The translations under genes were made by a program, and so were the position numbers. This document shows positions 13,735 through 26,938 of a stretch of 64,000 nt of DNA, piece after piece. The DNA comes from Macrostomum lignano (taxonomy: Eukaryota). The notes under the pieces are model-generated. The model was not told where the DNA came from. It did no database searches and saw nothing but the letters and a program-made list of their open reading frames with translations. The stretch is from the NCBI GenBank assembly GCA_002269645.1, contig NIVC01000103.1:310001-374000 (forward strand), in the 5' to 3' direction. The stretch's first letter is position 1. Every line of letters begins with the position of its first letter.

Positions 13735-15013
13735 TCTGAGGCGCCAAGATAGGTATCTATGAGGCGCCAAGATGAGTGTCTATGAGGCGCCAAGATGAGT
13801 GTCTATGAGGCGCCAAGATGAGTGTCTATGAGGCGCCAAGATGAGTGTCTATGAGGCGCCAAGATGAGTGTCTCTGAGGCGCCAAGATGAGTGTCTCTGA
13901 GGCGCCAAGATGAGTGTCTCTGAGGCGGTAAGATAAGTGTCTCTGAGGCGCCAAGATGAGTGTCTATGAGGCGCCAAGATGGGTGTCTCTGAGGCGCTAA
14001 GATAAGTGTCTCTGAGGCGCCAAGATGAATGTCTATGAGGCGCCAAGATGAGTGTCTCTGAGGTGCCAAGAAGAGTGTCTGTGAAGCGCTAAGATAAGTG
14101 TCTATGAGGCGCCAAGATGAGTGTCTCTGAGGTGCCAAGATGAGTGTCTCTGAGGCGCTAAGATAAGTGTCTATGAGGCGCCAAGATGAGTGTCTCTGAG
14201 GTGCCAAGATGAGTGTCTCTGAGGCGCCAAGATGAGTGTCTCTGAGGCGGTAAGATAAGTGTCTCTGAGGCGCCAAGATGAGTGTCTATGAGGCGCCAAG
14301 ATGAGTGTCTATGAGGCGCCAAGATGAGTGTCTCTGAGGCGCTAAGATAAGTGTCTATGAGGCGCCAAGATGGGTGTCTCTGAGGCGCCAAGATGAGTGT
14401 CTCTGAGGCGCCAAGATGAGTGTCTCTGAGGCGCCAAGATGAGTGTCTCTGAGGCGGTAAGATAAGTGTCTCTGAGGCGCCAAGATGAGTGTCTATGAGG
14501 CGCCAAGATGGGTGTCTCTGAGGCGCTAAGATAAGTGTCTCTGAGGCGCTAAGATGAATGTCTATGAGGCGCCAAGATGAGTGTCTCTGAGGTGCCAAGA
14601 AGAGTGTCTGTGAAGCGCTAAGATAAGTGTCTATGAGGCGCCAAGATGAGTGTCTCTGAGGTGCCAAGATGAGTGTCTCTGAGGCGCTAAGATAAGTGTC
14701 TATGAGGCGCCAAGATGAGTGTCTCTGAGGTGCCAAGATGAGTGTCTCTGAGGCGTTAAGATGAGTGTCTCTGAGGCGCTAAGATGAGTGTCTCTGAGGC
14801 GCTAAGATAAGTGTCTCTGAGGCGCCAAGATGAGTGTCTATGAGGCGCCAAGATGAGTGTCTATGAGGCGCCAAGATGAGTGTCTCTGAGGCGCTAAGAT
14901 AAGTGTCTATGAGGCGCCAAGATGAGTGTCTCTGAGGCGCCAAGATGAGTGTCTCTGAGGCACCAAGATGAGTGTCTCTGAGGCGCCAAGATGAGTGTCT
15001 CTGAGGCGCCAAG
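13735..15013. repeat. 23-bp array GAGGCGCCAAGATGAGTGTCT(C/A)T
   Basis: About 55 units, with a higher-order block repeated (about 13860-14200 resembles 14400-14740). Confidence 0.97.
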
Positions 15014-15379
15014 ATAAATGATGTGTATCAAAAGGCATCAATGCGATACATTTCATACAGTATCCTACAGTCCAGAAAGTATTTGTAGCAGTCCATGGTC
15101 TGAAATAATGGGACACAAACATGAGCAGTACTGAGCAGTAAATGCCAGCCCTTTCTCGTCCACTGCCCCAAGGCCCTGACACATCTGTTCGATGGCTGCT
15201 CGGTCAGGCGTGAAATGCAAAGTTGGACTTGGCTAAGAATGAAAGCAGAGACTCAGGCATCAGCTGCAGGGTTTCTGGACAGAGAGATTAATGAGATAAT
15301 AAGGTTCTGATGAAAAATTGGCAGGCGCGTGTATTGTGGCTAAAATGGCGCCGAAAATAGACACCCAGTGGCGCCAGAC

Positions 15380-15575
15380 GTAGAGGCGCTAAAATGGCGC
15401 TTAAAGAGACTTGCAATGGCGCCCCATACAGACGCTAAAATGGCGCTTAAAGAGACTTGCAATGGCGCCCCATACAGACGCTAAAATGGCGCTCAAAAAG
15501 ACTTGCAATGGCGCCCCATATGGACGCTAAAATGGCGCTCAAAAAGACTTGCAATGGCGCCCCATATGGACGCTA
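15380..15575. repeat. 46-bp array CTAAAATGGCGCTTAAAGAGACTTGCAATGGCGCCCCATACAGACG
   Basis: 4 copies. Confidence 0.9.
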
Positions 15576-16484
15576 CTCGTAAAGAAGCTTCCATACTGAA
15601 AGACTGGGCAAGTCTTGTTTGAATAATTTATCGCAGCTTGAACGCTGACTGTGCGGCACACAAAGCTTTAAAAAACAAAGACTAATTATCAAGGGATGAA
15701 GAGAAGGAGCATAAATCAATCATTGCTAAGCTATATAAATGATTAGTTTGACATGACAGTCGCAGTAATAGAAGCATGGGATCTGGGTTATGGTTCCATG
15801 TTTCTCTGTGGACTGCCTGTCTGACCCTCCATAGAAAGTCATGGCCGCTGTACCTCCTGCAAGGGTGCCAACGCAGGCCTCCTACTCAACCCTCACAACG
15901 AGTAAGCTGTGCACAATGAAGGTTCTTATTTGGAAAAATCTAGCTGTATATTCTCCAAGTTTGGCTACCATAATGCAAGCAAAGCTACGCACGCATGCTG
16001 GGTTGCTGGCTAAAAACTCCTCAGCCATGAAGCATGAAATGCATTGTTGTCAGCTTAGCTAATCAGCTATGCGGCATGATGAGGTGGGAAGACACAGCAG
16101 GGGATGTGTCAAGTCTGCCTCCCCTGACACTTCCCAAAAAATAGGCAGGAGCTGCAGAAGCTGCTGACTGCAGCTCACAATGGACGCGTTAAAAAATGTT
16201 GTGTTTTTTTATTCCTAGTGCGATTTTGCAGCCTCCGTAGCTGCTGCTTGCCAACCCCGCGGGCGCATCCTGCCTGACCTCCCCTTGCCTGCTGCGAGAA
16301 AATTGCCCCAATGTCCCTCCCGCAGTCCTGTGGCACTACTAATTAGAGCTTGTCTCTTCTGCTGAGTCTCTCCACACTGACTGTCGTGTGCGCGGCGGCG
16401 CCGCTGAGGCGCGACTTTTGGCACCGACTCCCGAGGGGTCAAGAGCGCCAAAAAAGTATTAAATCTTCTAGTTGGGTGTCAAGA

Positions 16485-17180
16485 ACACTGGAATAGCTGA
16501 GGCTCCCAACAGAACCAATGTTTAGCGCCGATAACGCTGGAATAGCTGAGGCTCCCTACGAAACAATGTTTAGCGCCAATAATACTGGAATAGCTGAGGC
16601 TCCCTACGGAACTAAATTTTTAGCTCCAAAAACACTGGAAAGCTGAGGCTTCCTACGGAACCAATGTTTAGCGCCAATAATACTGGAATAGCTGAGGCTC
16701 CCTACGGAACCAATGTTTAGCGCCAATAACACTGGAATAGTGGAGGCTCCCTACGGAGCAAATATTTAGTGGAGGCTCCCTACGGAACTAAATGTTTAGC
16801 TCCAAAAACACTGGAAAGCTGAGGCTCCCTACGGAATTAAAAGTTTAGCGCCAATAACACTGGAATAGCTGAGGCTCCATACGGAACTAAATGTTTAGCG
16901 CCAATAACACTGGAATAGCTGAGGCTCCCTACGAAACAATGTTTAGCGCCCATAACACTGGAATAGCTGAGGCTCCCTACGAAACAATGTTTAGCGCCAA
17001 TAATACTGGAATAGCTGAGGCTCCCTACGGAACCAATGTTTAGCGCCAATAACACTGGAATAGTGGAGGCTCCCTACGGAGCAAATATTTTGTGGAGGCT
17101 CCCTACGGAACTAAATGTTTAGCGCCCATAACGCAGGAATGGCTGAGGCTCCCCACGGAGCAAATTTTTAGCGCCCATAA
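16485..17180. repeat. About 49-bp array CTGGAATAGCTGAGGCTCCCTACGGAACCAATGTTTAGCGCCAATAACA
   Basis: About 14 degenerate copies. Confidence 0.92.
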
Positions 17181-18822
17181 CCACCTAAATTCCCCTAAAT
17201 ATATCTACTAGTCATAAGCAGCTGTCCTCAGCCTTTTCACAGCATGCAGCTATATATTTGCACATCGACGGCTCAGTTATTATTTACAACGCAGAGACCT
17301 CTGCCGCCAGTGTCCCAGTCCAAAGCGACACCTACATGAAAGGATTGAAGCCGACAATATTGTCTCTCTCTCTCTCTCCCCATTCTCCCTTCTCTGCACC
17401 ACCATCCCAGCCCTAACTAGCCATTGCAATGTGAATATGGATTGGATTGGTTATGCCATTCTAGTTGCTAGTCACTAAAAAACAAATAATACTTATTGCT
17501 TTTGGCTGCATTTTGCTGCTTTTATTTCATCGGCAATCATACTAAAAAGAAGTACAGTGTAACAGAAAGAGTCGGTGTTTTACATGGCTATAGTGCTGGT
17601 AGACAATTTGCTCAATAAATTGGCAACAAAGTAAGGGAATTATGGAGAGAAGCAGTTACCTGTGTGGCCGTTAACTACCTTTTTACAGGAATTGCATTAG
17701 TGCTTTTTCGGTGGCCTCCGCATGGATACTGTCTGGTTTTCTCTATCTCTGCTCTTGGGTCTGGCCTCATTTATGATTTATTCTTCATCTATTATACTCT
17801 CTTAATAGTCTCTTGCCTGATCCCCCTTTATCTTTCCTCTCCCCCTTCATCCCTTTATCATCCCTTCTCTCCTCCCTGCATCCCTTCTCTCCTCCCTTCA
17901 TATCTCTCCTCTCTTCATCCCTTCTCTCCCGCAGGCACAGTCTTTGGTGGTTAGAGAAGCAGTCAACGCAGAATCGCAATTCTCAGGCCTCTAAAAGCAT
18001 ATTGTACTATTTCGGTTGAAATGTGGAGCAAAAAAGAATTCTGTGCATTCTTGTAGTAGAAATTGGATTAAATAAAGTAAGAGCGAACGAGTGAAGAGAA
18101 ATTGCTTCTCTCTCGCCAGACGCCACGTATCTAAATTTCTCCGCACGCAGATGGAGAAATCACTCCGGACTGAGGAGATAGCAAAGACAGAGGGGAGTTA
18201 AAAAATGATTTCGTGACTGCGCGGAGCCGGGAGCCGCACGTTGGATTGGAAGCCAATAGCTAATTACAGGGAGGAAGCAGAACCAGTGTCTCAAGTTCAA
18301 GCTGCATCAAGCCCTAGCAACTCCTCTATGGCCATTGTAGTAAAAAGTAAAAGCTCTCATTTTTATCCTTCAGCTTTTTCGCACGCAAGGGCAAAGAGCA
18401 AGAATTTTTGCATCTAAACTCTGAGACAACAAAACTTACGGATATAGTTAGGCACGTCTTCTAATGAATATTTTCAGAGAAAATTACTTTTTATAAATGA
18501 CCGACAATTGAGCAACATTGTACGAGCTAATCACGATTATCTCTCGCGCCATCGCTGACTCTCGAAGTCTTCCCGAAGCTTCCCGAATGCGCCCCAATGC
18601 GCCAATGGCCAATGCGCCCCGATCACGAGCCTTTTAAAGCACGGCTTTTTAGCCTTTATTGCATGCCTGAATCGTGTTGCAATGACAGTGCCCCAGAAGG
18701 GGGCGTAGATTGCTAGTCCAATGTACTAAAATATAAAAGTACTAATCTATCCACCCATCTGCCGTCTAAGTAGCTGATTTTAAGGAGAACTATTCAACCG
18801 ATATCCTTAGCTCTAACAATAA

Positions 18823-19065
18823 TAATAATAATTAAGATTACACCTGCTCCAATTGGGACAGATGAGCAACTGACAGCTCAGCCGCAGCTATTGCGCGGTG
18901 CATCTGAAGGCTGCGTACGGCTGTTCAATCCAAGGGCTGGGGGGTCGCCACATACGATTACCCTCAATTACCCAGATAACGCTGGTACCCATTTTACAGC
19001 CGGGTGGACTGAAGCAATGCAAAGTTAAGCGTCTTGCTCAAGGACACAAATAGTTCCAGTGGGAT
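18823..19065 (-). mobile_element. tRNA-derived SINE copy, head truncated
   Basis: Reverse complement of the copies at 34492 and 39135; contains CCCATTTTACAGCCGGGTGGACTGAAGCAATGC and a (TAA)n tail. Confidence 0.85.
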
Positions 19066-20029
19066 CGGCTGAAGATCCGGACTATCCACGAAGAAAACGA
19101 CAAATGAGAATTTAACCAGAGTCCATAGAAATTTTGTTAAAACTGAATGAATGCTTCAATACAGTTTCGGCGGTCTTAAATGTGCTTTGATTTTCCGACC
19201 TAGTAGAGCGTATGTCTACTATGAGTAGCAAAACAAAGTAATTCAACGCTAAAAAGCTTCTAGAAGAAAAATAGAAATCGAAAAAATGGACCCAGCTCAG
19301 CTAATTAAGGAGGCTTTGAACGCAAATGTCCTTGTTAAGACTGACACAGACACCTGTCAGTTGCGCAGTAAAACTGAAACTACGAGCTAGTTGCAATGCA
19401 ATCAACTTCGCCATGAGCTTCGGTTGGCTGTCAATCGCTTCTGGACGCTTCATAAATGCGTGTATTTTTCAGCTATCAATATTACGCTTCAATTTGTCAA
19501 GCAGGCAGTGCTTGTACATTCTGCACACTCTAGGTCAAATGAGAGGCGAGATGAGAGATGAGAGAGACACAAACCTTGAGCGGACTGGATGGCTATTGTG
19601 AAGTTTCAAAGGACCCGAGGGCCGGATAGAGGGGGCTCTCGGCGTTTGAGCTGTAGGCCGGCATCGGCAAAAGTTCTGCAGTCAGACAATCAGCGAGGAT
19701 GCAATCTGGCTTGTCATTACCGCTACACCCGGAGCAAACGCACGCACACTCACAAAGGGTTTGTACACCTGCCCCGAGCTAACATGACGATAAAATAGAA
19801 ACATTTAATTGAATATTATATTTCGTATTGGCAAATGTTTTTTTCTAAAGTAGCCAAAAACAACGGACAAAAAACTGGCAGAACTGAATGTATAAAACAG
19901 GAGTGAAAAACGCAAAACTGGAAAATGCACAAAGCAATCAGATTCGCTGCTGCTAGCAGAGTCTACAGCATCAGAAATGAGCAAAACTTGCTGAAACTAC
20001 GAAGGAATAACTACTTTCTGACAATTAGA

Positions 20030-20508
20030 ATCCGTTGCTAGGGAGAGTGTTGCTATAATCAAAATCCGTTGCTAGGGAGTGTGTTGCTATAATCAAAATA
20101 CGTTGCTAGGGAGTGTTGCTATAATCAAAATCCGTTGCTAGGGAGTGTTGCTATAATCAAAATCCGTTGCTAGAGAGTGTTGCTATAATCAAAATCCGTT
20201 GCTAGGGAGTGTTGCTATAATCAAAATCCGTTGCTAGAGAGTGTTGCTATAATCAAAATCCGTTGCTAGGGAGTGTTGCTATAATCAAAATCCGTTGCTA
20301 GAGAGTGTTGCTATAATCAAAATCCGTTGCTAGGGAGTGTTGTTATAATCAGAATCCATTGTTAGGGAGAGTTTTGCTATAATCAAAATCCGTTGCTAGG
20401 GGGACAGTGTCGCTAAAATCAAAATACGTTGCTAGGGAGACAGTGTCGCCATAATCAGAATACGTTGCTAGGGAGACAGTGTCGCCATAATCAGAATCCG
20501 TTGCTATG
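20030..20508. repeat. 32-bp array AATCCGTTGCTAGGGAGTGTTGCTATAATCAA
   Basis: About 14 copies immediately downstream of the PNLDC1 stop. Confidence 0.95.
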
Positions 20509-20585
20509 TGAGGTTTACATCACACACGCTTTTCACTGGATAAATACTAGTTATAGTTTACAGTTCTGTGGCTAGGAAACCTTTG

Positions 20586-20826
20586 CTATAGGACGCGTTT
20601 TGCAATCTTGACAACGGAGCGGAGGGCCAGCGCGGTGAAGCCGGCGGTGCCCATCCAGATGGCCAATCGTAGCGGGAGGCTGTGCCGCAGGCGGCTGTGC
20701 GGCTCCAGCCAGAACTCTTCGCTGTCCGCCAGCTCCTTGGCGAGATCGCGAGCACCAGCAAATGACGACATGGCGATGAGGATCTGCCGGCCGGAGTTCA
20801 GGCTGCGCAGGCCGGCCAGACCGAAT
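20586..20826 (-). CDS. PNLDC1: PNLDC1/PARN-like exonuclease, exon 5 (last), with C-terminal hydrophobic anchor
   Basis: Acceptor CCGCAG, phase 2. RFGLAGLRSLNSGRQILIAMSSFAGARDLAKEL...RHSLPLRLAIWMGTAGFTALAL resembles the PNLDC1 C-terminus as I recall it (KFKDARNILKEY...RHSP plus a TM helix). Confidence 0.85.
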
Positions 20827-20864
20827 CTGCGGAGGACAGGGTTCGATTCTGAATGTTAAAAACT

Positions 20865-21700
20865 ATTCACACAACTCCCTACCATTCACACAATTCCCTG
20901 ACCTCCACACTATTCCCTGAACATTCACACAATTCCTTGAACATTCACACAATTCCTTGACCATTCACACAATTCCCTGACCTTCACACAATTCCCTGAC
21001 CATTCACACAATTCCTTGACCATTTACACAATTACTTGACTATTCATAGAATTCCCTGACCACTCACACAATTCCCCGACGATTCATACAATTCCCTGAC
21101 CACTCACACAATTCCCCGATGATTCACACAATTCACTGACCATTCACACGATTCCCCGACGATTCATACAATTCCCTGACCACTCACACAATTACCCGAT
21201 GATTCACACAATTCACTGACCACTCACACGATTCCCCGACGATTCACACAATTCACTAACCATTTGCCCAATTCACTAACCATACACACAATTCACTAAC
21301 CATTCACACAGTTCACTAACCATTCACACAATTCACTAACCATACACACAATTCACTAACCATTTGTCCAATTCACTAACCATATACACAATTCACTAAC
21401 CATACACACAATTCACTAACCATTCACACAGTTCACTAACCATTCACACAGTTCACTAACCATTCACACAATTCACTAACCATACACACAATTCACTAAC
21501 CATTTGTCCAATTCACTAACCATATACACAATTCACTAACCATACACACAATTCACTAACCATTCATACAGTTCACTAACCATTCACACAATTCACTAAC
21601 CACACATACAATTAACTAACTATTCACACAATTCATTTACCATTTACAAAATTCACTAACCATTTACACAATTCACTAACCATTCACACAATTCACTGCC
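20865..21700. repeat. 20-bp array CCATTCACACAATTCACTAA filling PNLDC1 intron 4
   Basis: About 40 degenerate copies. Confidence 0.95.
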
Positions 21701-21732
21701 TATCTAATCCCCATCAAAATAGCAAAGCTCAC

Positions 21733-21928
21733 CTAGCCACCAGATCCCTAACCCAGAGCAGATCGATGGGGCCGCCGTCCCACCTGCGCAGCACGAGAAC
21801 GGGTGGCCGGCGCGACTTGGGATCGGGCGCGTCCAGCTTTACGCAGTGCTGCTTGGCTTTGATGAGGTTGACGCAGTTCGCCCGGCTCTCCAGCACTCGC
21901 CTGTAGGCGGCAAAGCTTGGACGACGGA
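21733..21928 (-). CDS. PNLDC1: PNLDC1 exon 4
   Basis: Acceptor TTTCGCAG, donor AG/GTGAG, phases 1 and 2 match neighbours. NCVNLIKAKQHCVKLDAPDPKSRRPPVLVL resembles PNLDC1 NQVNLIRA...PDYPSIRPPILIL. Confidence 0.85.
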
Positions 21929-22007
21929 CTGCGAAAGGCATTCGAGAGAAGGTGTTTATAATGGATAGTTAAGTTTATAATATTTTCGAATTTCGAAATC
22001 TTTCCGG

Positions 22008-23734
22008 GGGTAGCTAGATTAAGCGCGCCAGGAACAAGCGCGCATTTTCGCACATATTTTACATGGTTCGGAATAAGCGCGCAGGAGAACGGACCAAAAC
22101 CGGAATAAGCGCGCAGGAGAACGGACCAAAACCGGAATAAGCGCGCAGGAGAACGGACCAAAATCGGAATAAGCGCGCAGTATTTTTGATCGATACAGGA
22201 AAAATCGCGCACGAGTTTTCCCATGACTTGGGACAAGCGCGCCAAAATTTTACCCGCTTTCGGAATGAGCGCGCAGCTGCTTTTGTACTGACGGGATTAA
22301 GCGCGCAAATGATGATTTTAACTGACTGACTGCAGGGGCCTGAAATTTTCAAAGGGCATGGACCTTTAGGCTCAATATCTGACTGACTAGCCACAGTTGG
22401 CTCTCTCGGCTTCTGATTGGCTGCAGGGGAGAGGGGTGCAATGTACAGTGCCCAGCGCATGGAGCGTGCAAATCAGGTTGTGCGCCTGATTTGACTTACA
22501 CTTTCAATTGCGGCGTTTAAAAGCCGATTACACTGCGATCAAATTATTCAGTGTTACTTCTAGCTATGGAGTACATAGAAGGAAACCTTCGCGGTTCAAA
22601 ACTTTTTGTAAAGGACGAATTCTTCTATCGAAAAGACAGTGGCAGAGATAGAAGCAAAGTCGGTTTCCGCTGCTGCGACAAACACTGTCCTGGTCGCCTA
22701 CTGCAGCGTACTGAAGCAGCCGGCTCTGGACTCTCAGCCTGTCTCGTATCAGCAGCTCCAGCCGGCTCTGGACTCTCAGCCTGTCTCGTATCAGCAGCTC
22801 CAGCCGGCTCTGGACTCTCAGCCTGTCTCGTATCAGCAGCTCCAGCCGGCTCTGGACTCTCAGCCTGTCTCGTATCAGCAGCTCCAGCCGGCTCTGGACT
22901 CTCAGCCTGTCTCGTATCAGCAGCTCCAGCCGGCTCTGGACTCTCAGCCTGTCTCGTATCAGCAGCTCCAGCCGGCTCTGGACTCTCAGCCTGTCTCGTA
23001 TCAGCAGCTCCAGCCGGCTCTGGACTCTCAGCCTGTCTCGTATCAGCAGCTCCAGCCGGCTCTGGACTCTCAGCCTGTCTCGTATCAGCAGCTCCAGCCG
23101 GCTCTGGACTCTCAGCCTGTCTCGTATCAGCAGCTCCAGCCGGCTCTGGACTCTCAGCCTGTCTCGTATCAGCAGCTCCAGCCGGCTCTGGACTCTCAGC
23201 CTGTCTCGTATCAGCAGCTCCAGCCGGCTCTGGACTCTCAGCCTGTCTCGTATCAGCAGCTCCAGCCGGCTCTGGACTCTCAGCCTGTCTCGTATGAGCA
23301 GCTCCAGCCGGCTCTGGACTCTCAGCCTGTCTCGTATCAGCAGCTCCAGCCGGCTCTGGACTCTCAGCCTGTCTCGTATCAGCAGCTCCAGCCGGCTCTG
23401 GACTCTCAGCCTGTCTCGTATCAGCAGCTCCAGCCGGCTCTGGACTCTCAGCTTTTAGCAATTTTAACTTTGTAACCTTGCTTCGTCTTAAATACATAGT
23501 TTAAATTCGACTTTAATCTTAGTTCTGTTGAAAATCTGTGCGCGCTTATTCCAGGAGTTTTAAAAAACGTTGCGCGCTCTTTCCTTTACCTAGGAATGTG
23601 GATGCGCGCTTATTACAGTATTTTGATAGATCGCAGCGCGCTTATTCCAACATTTTTCCGTGCGCGCTTATTCCGACGTGTGCAAATAAAATACACGTGC
23701 GCGCTTATTCCTGGCGCGATTAATCAGCCCTCCC
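22008..23734 (+). mobile_element. Non-autonomous Mutator/MULE-like DNA transposon with a FLYWCH-type zinc-finger remnant
   Basis: 8-bp direct repeat CTTTCCGG at 22000-22007 and 23735-23742. Imperfect TIRs (GATTAA[G/T]CGCGCCAGGAA[C/T]AAGCGCGCA) and many inverted subterminal ATAAGCGCGC motifs. ORF at about 22566 reads MEYIEGNLRGSKLFVKDEFFYRKDS...FRCCDKHCPGRL. Superfamily assignment is inference. Confidence 0.72.
22717..23452. repeat. 42-bp array CAGCCGGCTCTGGACTCTCAGCCTGTCTCGTATCAGCAGCTC inside the MULE
   Basis: 17.5 almost identical units. Confidence 0.98.
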
Positions 23735-23744
23735 CTTTCCGGAT

Positions 23745-24270
23745 ATAGCTTGGAGATTCCCAACAAGCTTGGGGATTCCCAACAAGATTTAGAGATTCTG
23801 GGGTAGCATGGAAATTCTCATGTAGCTTCAGAAATCCTGGGTAGCTTAGGGATTCCTATGTAGCTTAGGAATTCCTGTATAGCTTGAGGATTCCTATGTA
23901 GCTTGGGGATTCCTGTATAGCTTGGGGATTCCTGTATAGCTTGAGGATTCCTATGTAGCTTGGGGATTCCTGTATAGCTTGGGGATTCCTGTATAGCTTG
24001 AGGATTCCTGTATAGCTTGAGGATTCCTGTATAGCTTGGGGATTCCTGTATAGCTTGGGGATTCCTGTATAGCTTGGGGATTCCTGTATAGCTTGAGGAT
24101 TCCTGTATAGCTTGGGGATTCCTGTATAGCTTGGGGATTCCTGTATAGCTTGGGGATTCCTGTATAGCTTGGGGATTCCTGTATAGCTTGGGGATTCCTG
24201 TATAGCTTGGGGATTCCTGTATAGCTTGGGGACTCCTATGTAGCTTGGGGATTCCTGGGAATCCTGAGTC
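23745..24270. repeat. 19-bp array TATAGCTTGGGGATTCCTG
   Basis: About 27 copies starting just after the exon 3 donor. Confidence 0.95.
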
Positions 24271-24282
24271 CTGAAAGCTCAC

Positions 24283-24433
24283 CAAACTCGACTCCTCCGC
24301 TGTCGCTGCTGACCGCAGAAGCCGCAGTGGCAGGAGGCCTCAGGCTGAGCAGCAGCATCCGATGCGACACGCGCAGGAACACCTCCCCGGCCATGAAGGC
24401 GTCCCAACCGGCCCGGTGCGCGGCCGCCCACGA

Positions 24434-24471
<38 letters not shown>

Positions 24472-24907
24472 TGGTCGCCGAGGACTCGGCCAGGCCCAGC
24501 TGCCTGATTGTCGGCGCCGAGCCCGCGCCGCCGGCGGCGTCCAAAGCCGTCAGAGCGTCGCGCGCCTCCTCCAGCGAGCCGATAGGCAGCGAATTGAATT
24601 TGCACGCGCTGCGAAACTCGTACAGCAGGTGCTTCGTGTCCCACACTAGCGGGGTCAGCCGGTGGAAACTCTCCGCTTTCCAAGCCTCGTAGTCAACTGG
24701 CAGCGGCCTGTAGAAGTACTCGTACATGGCCAGCAAGTCTAGGAAGCAGTTGTGCCCGACCAGCGGCTTGCGCAGGTTCACCAGGGCGCGGAACACCCGC
24801 GAGAAGCCGACGCAGCGGAGCGCAAACGATTCGGTCTCGGCGACATCGTCTGAGGCGCCGACAACGGCGGCCGAGGTGGAATCCTGCTTTGAAGCGATTG
24901 ATGATAC
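24283..24907 (-). CDS. PNLDC1: PNLDC1 exon 3 (second half of the CAF1/DEDDh nuclease domain)
   Basis: KPLVGHNCFLDLL, WDTK and HRAGWDAF catalytic motifs; acceptor CAAAG, donor G/GTGAG; (GGC)n poly-Gly tract. Confidence 0.93.
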
Positions 24908-24967
24908 CTTTGTTTGTAGAATTTTTAATAGCATCAGACTAATTGAACTTATATTGCGCGGCCCATC

Positions 24968-25170
24968 CAAGGACTGGGAGGGTCGCTACACACAGCCTCA
25001 ATTACCCCAGCTACTGCTGGTAACCCTTTTTACAGCTGGGTGAACTGAAGCAATGCAGAGTTAAGTGTCCGACCGCAGCTCATGGACACAAATTGTTCCG
25101 AGTGGATCGAGAATCGAACCCCCGACCTTTCAGTCGCGGGTTCGACACTTTAACCTCTAGGCTACAAGCC
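24968..25170 (-). mobile_element. tRNA-derived SINE copy in PNLDC1 intron 2
   Basis: On the minus strand: A-box TAGCCTAGAGG, B-box GGTTCGATTCT, then the shared core. Confidence 0.85.
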
Positions 25171-25574
25171 CTGGTCCTAGGTGAAAAAGCGTCCTAGTGT
25201 CACTAGCGTCGCCCCAGAGTATCTGAGTCGTGCCAGAGTCGCTGTAGAATCACAGGAGTTGCGTCTTAAGCGCATTTCGCATTTATAACACAACTCTATT
25301 TAGTCTACTTGAGTCAGTAGACAGCTAAGCGCTAGTGACTCAACAGTCGCTTCTCCACCATCTCTACAGTTGTTTGAGCGTTAAAAGGTCACAAGAGTGG
25401 TTCCAGAATCGCTAGAGTCACTAGTGAGTTGTTTGCAATGACTTTTCAGCGATTCTTGTCACCGTAACGTTTTCAACGGGTTGCGTAGGTGTCACAGGGT
25501 GCCTTATTAATAACGGTTGCTTTGAGTCCTAGCATGTCATTTACTGTTTCCCTGTGTTCTCTTTCTCACTCTCT

Positions 25575-25876
25575 CCCCCAATTCCCAGCTCCCCCATTTT
25601 CCATCTCACTCTCCTCCCGAATTCCCAGCTCCCCCATTTTCCATCTCACTCTCCTCCCGAATTCCCAGCTCCCCCATTTTCCATCTCACTCTCCTCCCCA
25701 ATTCCCAGCTCCCCATTTTCCATCTCACTCTCCTCCCCAATTCCCAGCTCCCCCATTTTCCATCTCACTCTCCTCCCTAATTCCCAGCTCCCCCATTTTC
25801 CATCTCACTCTCCTCCTGAATTCCCAGCTTCCCCATTTTCCATCTCACTCTACCTCTCCCCCTTTCCCTCTATTCC

Positions 25877-25932
<56 letters not shown>
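25575..25932. repeat. 40-bp pyrimidine-rich array followed by (CT)n
   Basis: About 7 copies of CTCCCCCATTTTCCATCTCACTCTCCTCCCGAATTCCCAG. Confidence 0.9.
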
Positions 25933-25937
<5 letters not shown>

Positions 25938-26201
25938 CTCTATTTTCTCTCCCACACTCTCTCCCTCCCTCTACCTCTCCCTTTCCCTCTACCTTTCCCC
26001 CTCTCTCCCTCTTACTTTAACCCCCCGATCCCTCTACCTCTACTCCAGCATTTAACGTATTTTCGCTACATGTTGGTAGTTGATTCTATAGAAGCTTAAT
26101 GTGAATTACTTAATTTCATATCGGCAGTTAGCCTATACACAGACGAGATTTAAAGGACAACTCAGAGCAGTAATTATAACTAGCTCTTTAAAGCTAATCA
26201 C

Positions 26202-26475
26202 CTGACGCTGGCGCACCACCCACAGCACGCATCCGTCTGGCTGAATCGTGTCGGCAGCGGCAGCTTCAGCTCTGCAGTAGCCATCGCCAGTCTGTCCCAG
26301 GTTGCCACCAACGGGCGGCTCGCAGCGCAGCAGCAGCTGGCAACCATCGGCCGGCCGTTGTAGGCGAGCGGCCAGGGCCACCCGAACGCCTAACGAGCTG
26401 ACGCAGCCGATGCGGCGGACAGGGATTCGAACCTCGGCAGACGGGTCCGGGGCGGCCGACAGCAGACCGGAGATT
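26202..26475 (-). CDS. PNLDC1: PNLDC1 exon 2 (divergent middle region; boundaries chosen by phase)
   Basis: GC-rich open frame; acceptor GTCAG (phase 2) and donor CAG/GTGAT (phase 0) join exons 1 and 3 in frame; no strong motif. Confidence 0.65.
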
Positions 26476-26644
26476 CTGACGCGGTCGAGCGGATATATTT
26501 TTAGTTGCTTTGGCTATATTTAGAGCTTGATTGGTATTTAAGTAGCTTAGAGAGTTGAATGTGCTTCGAGATTAAAGAGGCTTTAAGATTTTTAAAATAA
26601 AGGGTTTTGAAGAGCTTTGGGATTCTCTGGTCCCAGAGAAAACG

Positions 26645-26905
26645 GTAGATTAGGGATTTGGAAGGATTGAGAATACACAGGTAGATTAGGGATTTGGAAG
26701 GATTAAGAATATACAGGTAGATTAGGGAGTTGGGGGATTAGGAATATACAGGTAGATTAGGGAGTTGAGGGATTAAGAATACAGTAGATTAGGGAGTTGG
26801 GGGATTAGGAATATACGGGTAGATTAGGGAGTCGGGGGATTAGGATTATACGGGTAGATTAGGGATTTGGAAGGATTAGGAATACACAGGTAGATTAGGG
26901 AGTTA
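26645..26905. repeat. About 35-bp array GGTAGATTAGGGAGTTGGGGGATTAGGAATATACA in PNLDC1 intron 1
   Basis: About 7 copies. Confidence 0.9.
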
Positions 26906-26938
26906 GATCCCAGGGAATTAAAAAGACTAAGACCTCAC

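Noticed and set aside
26645-26905. TTAGGG motifs as interstitial telomere
   Set aside because: One or two isolated TTAGGG-like words per 35-bp unit, not tandem hexamers
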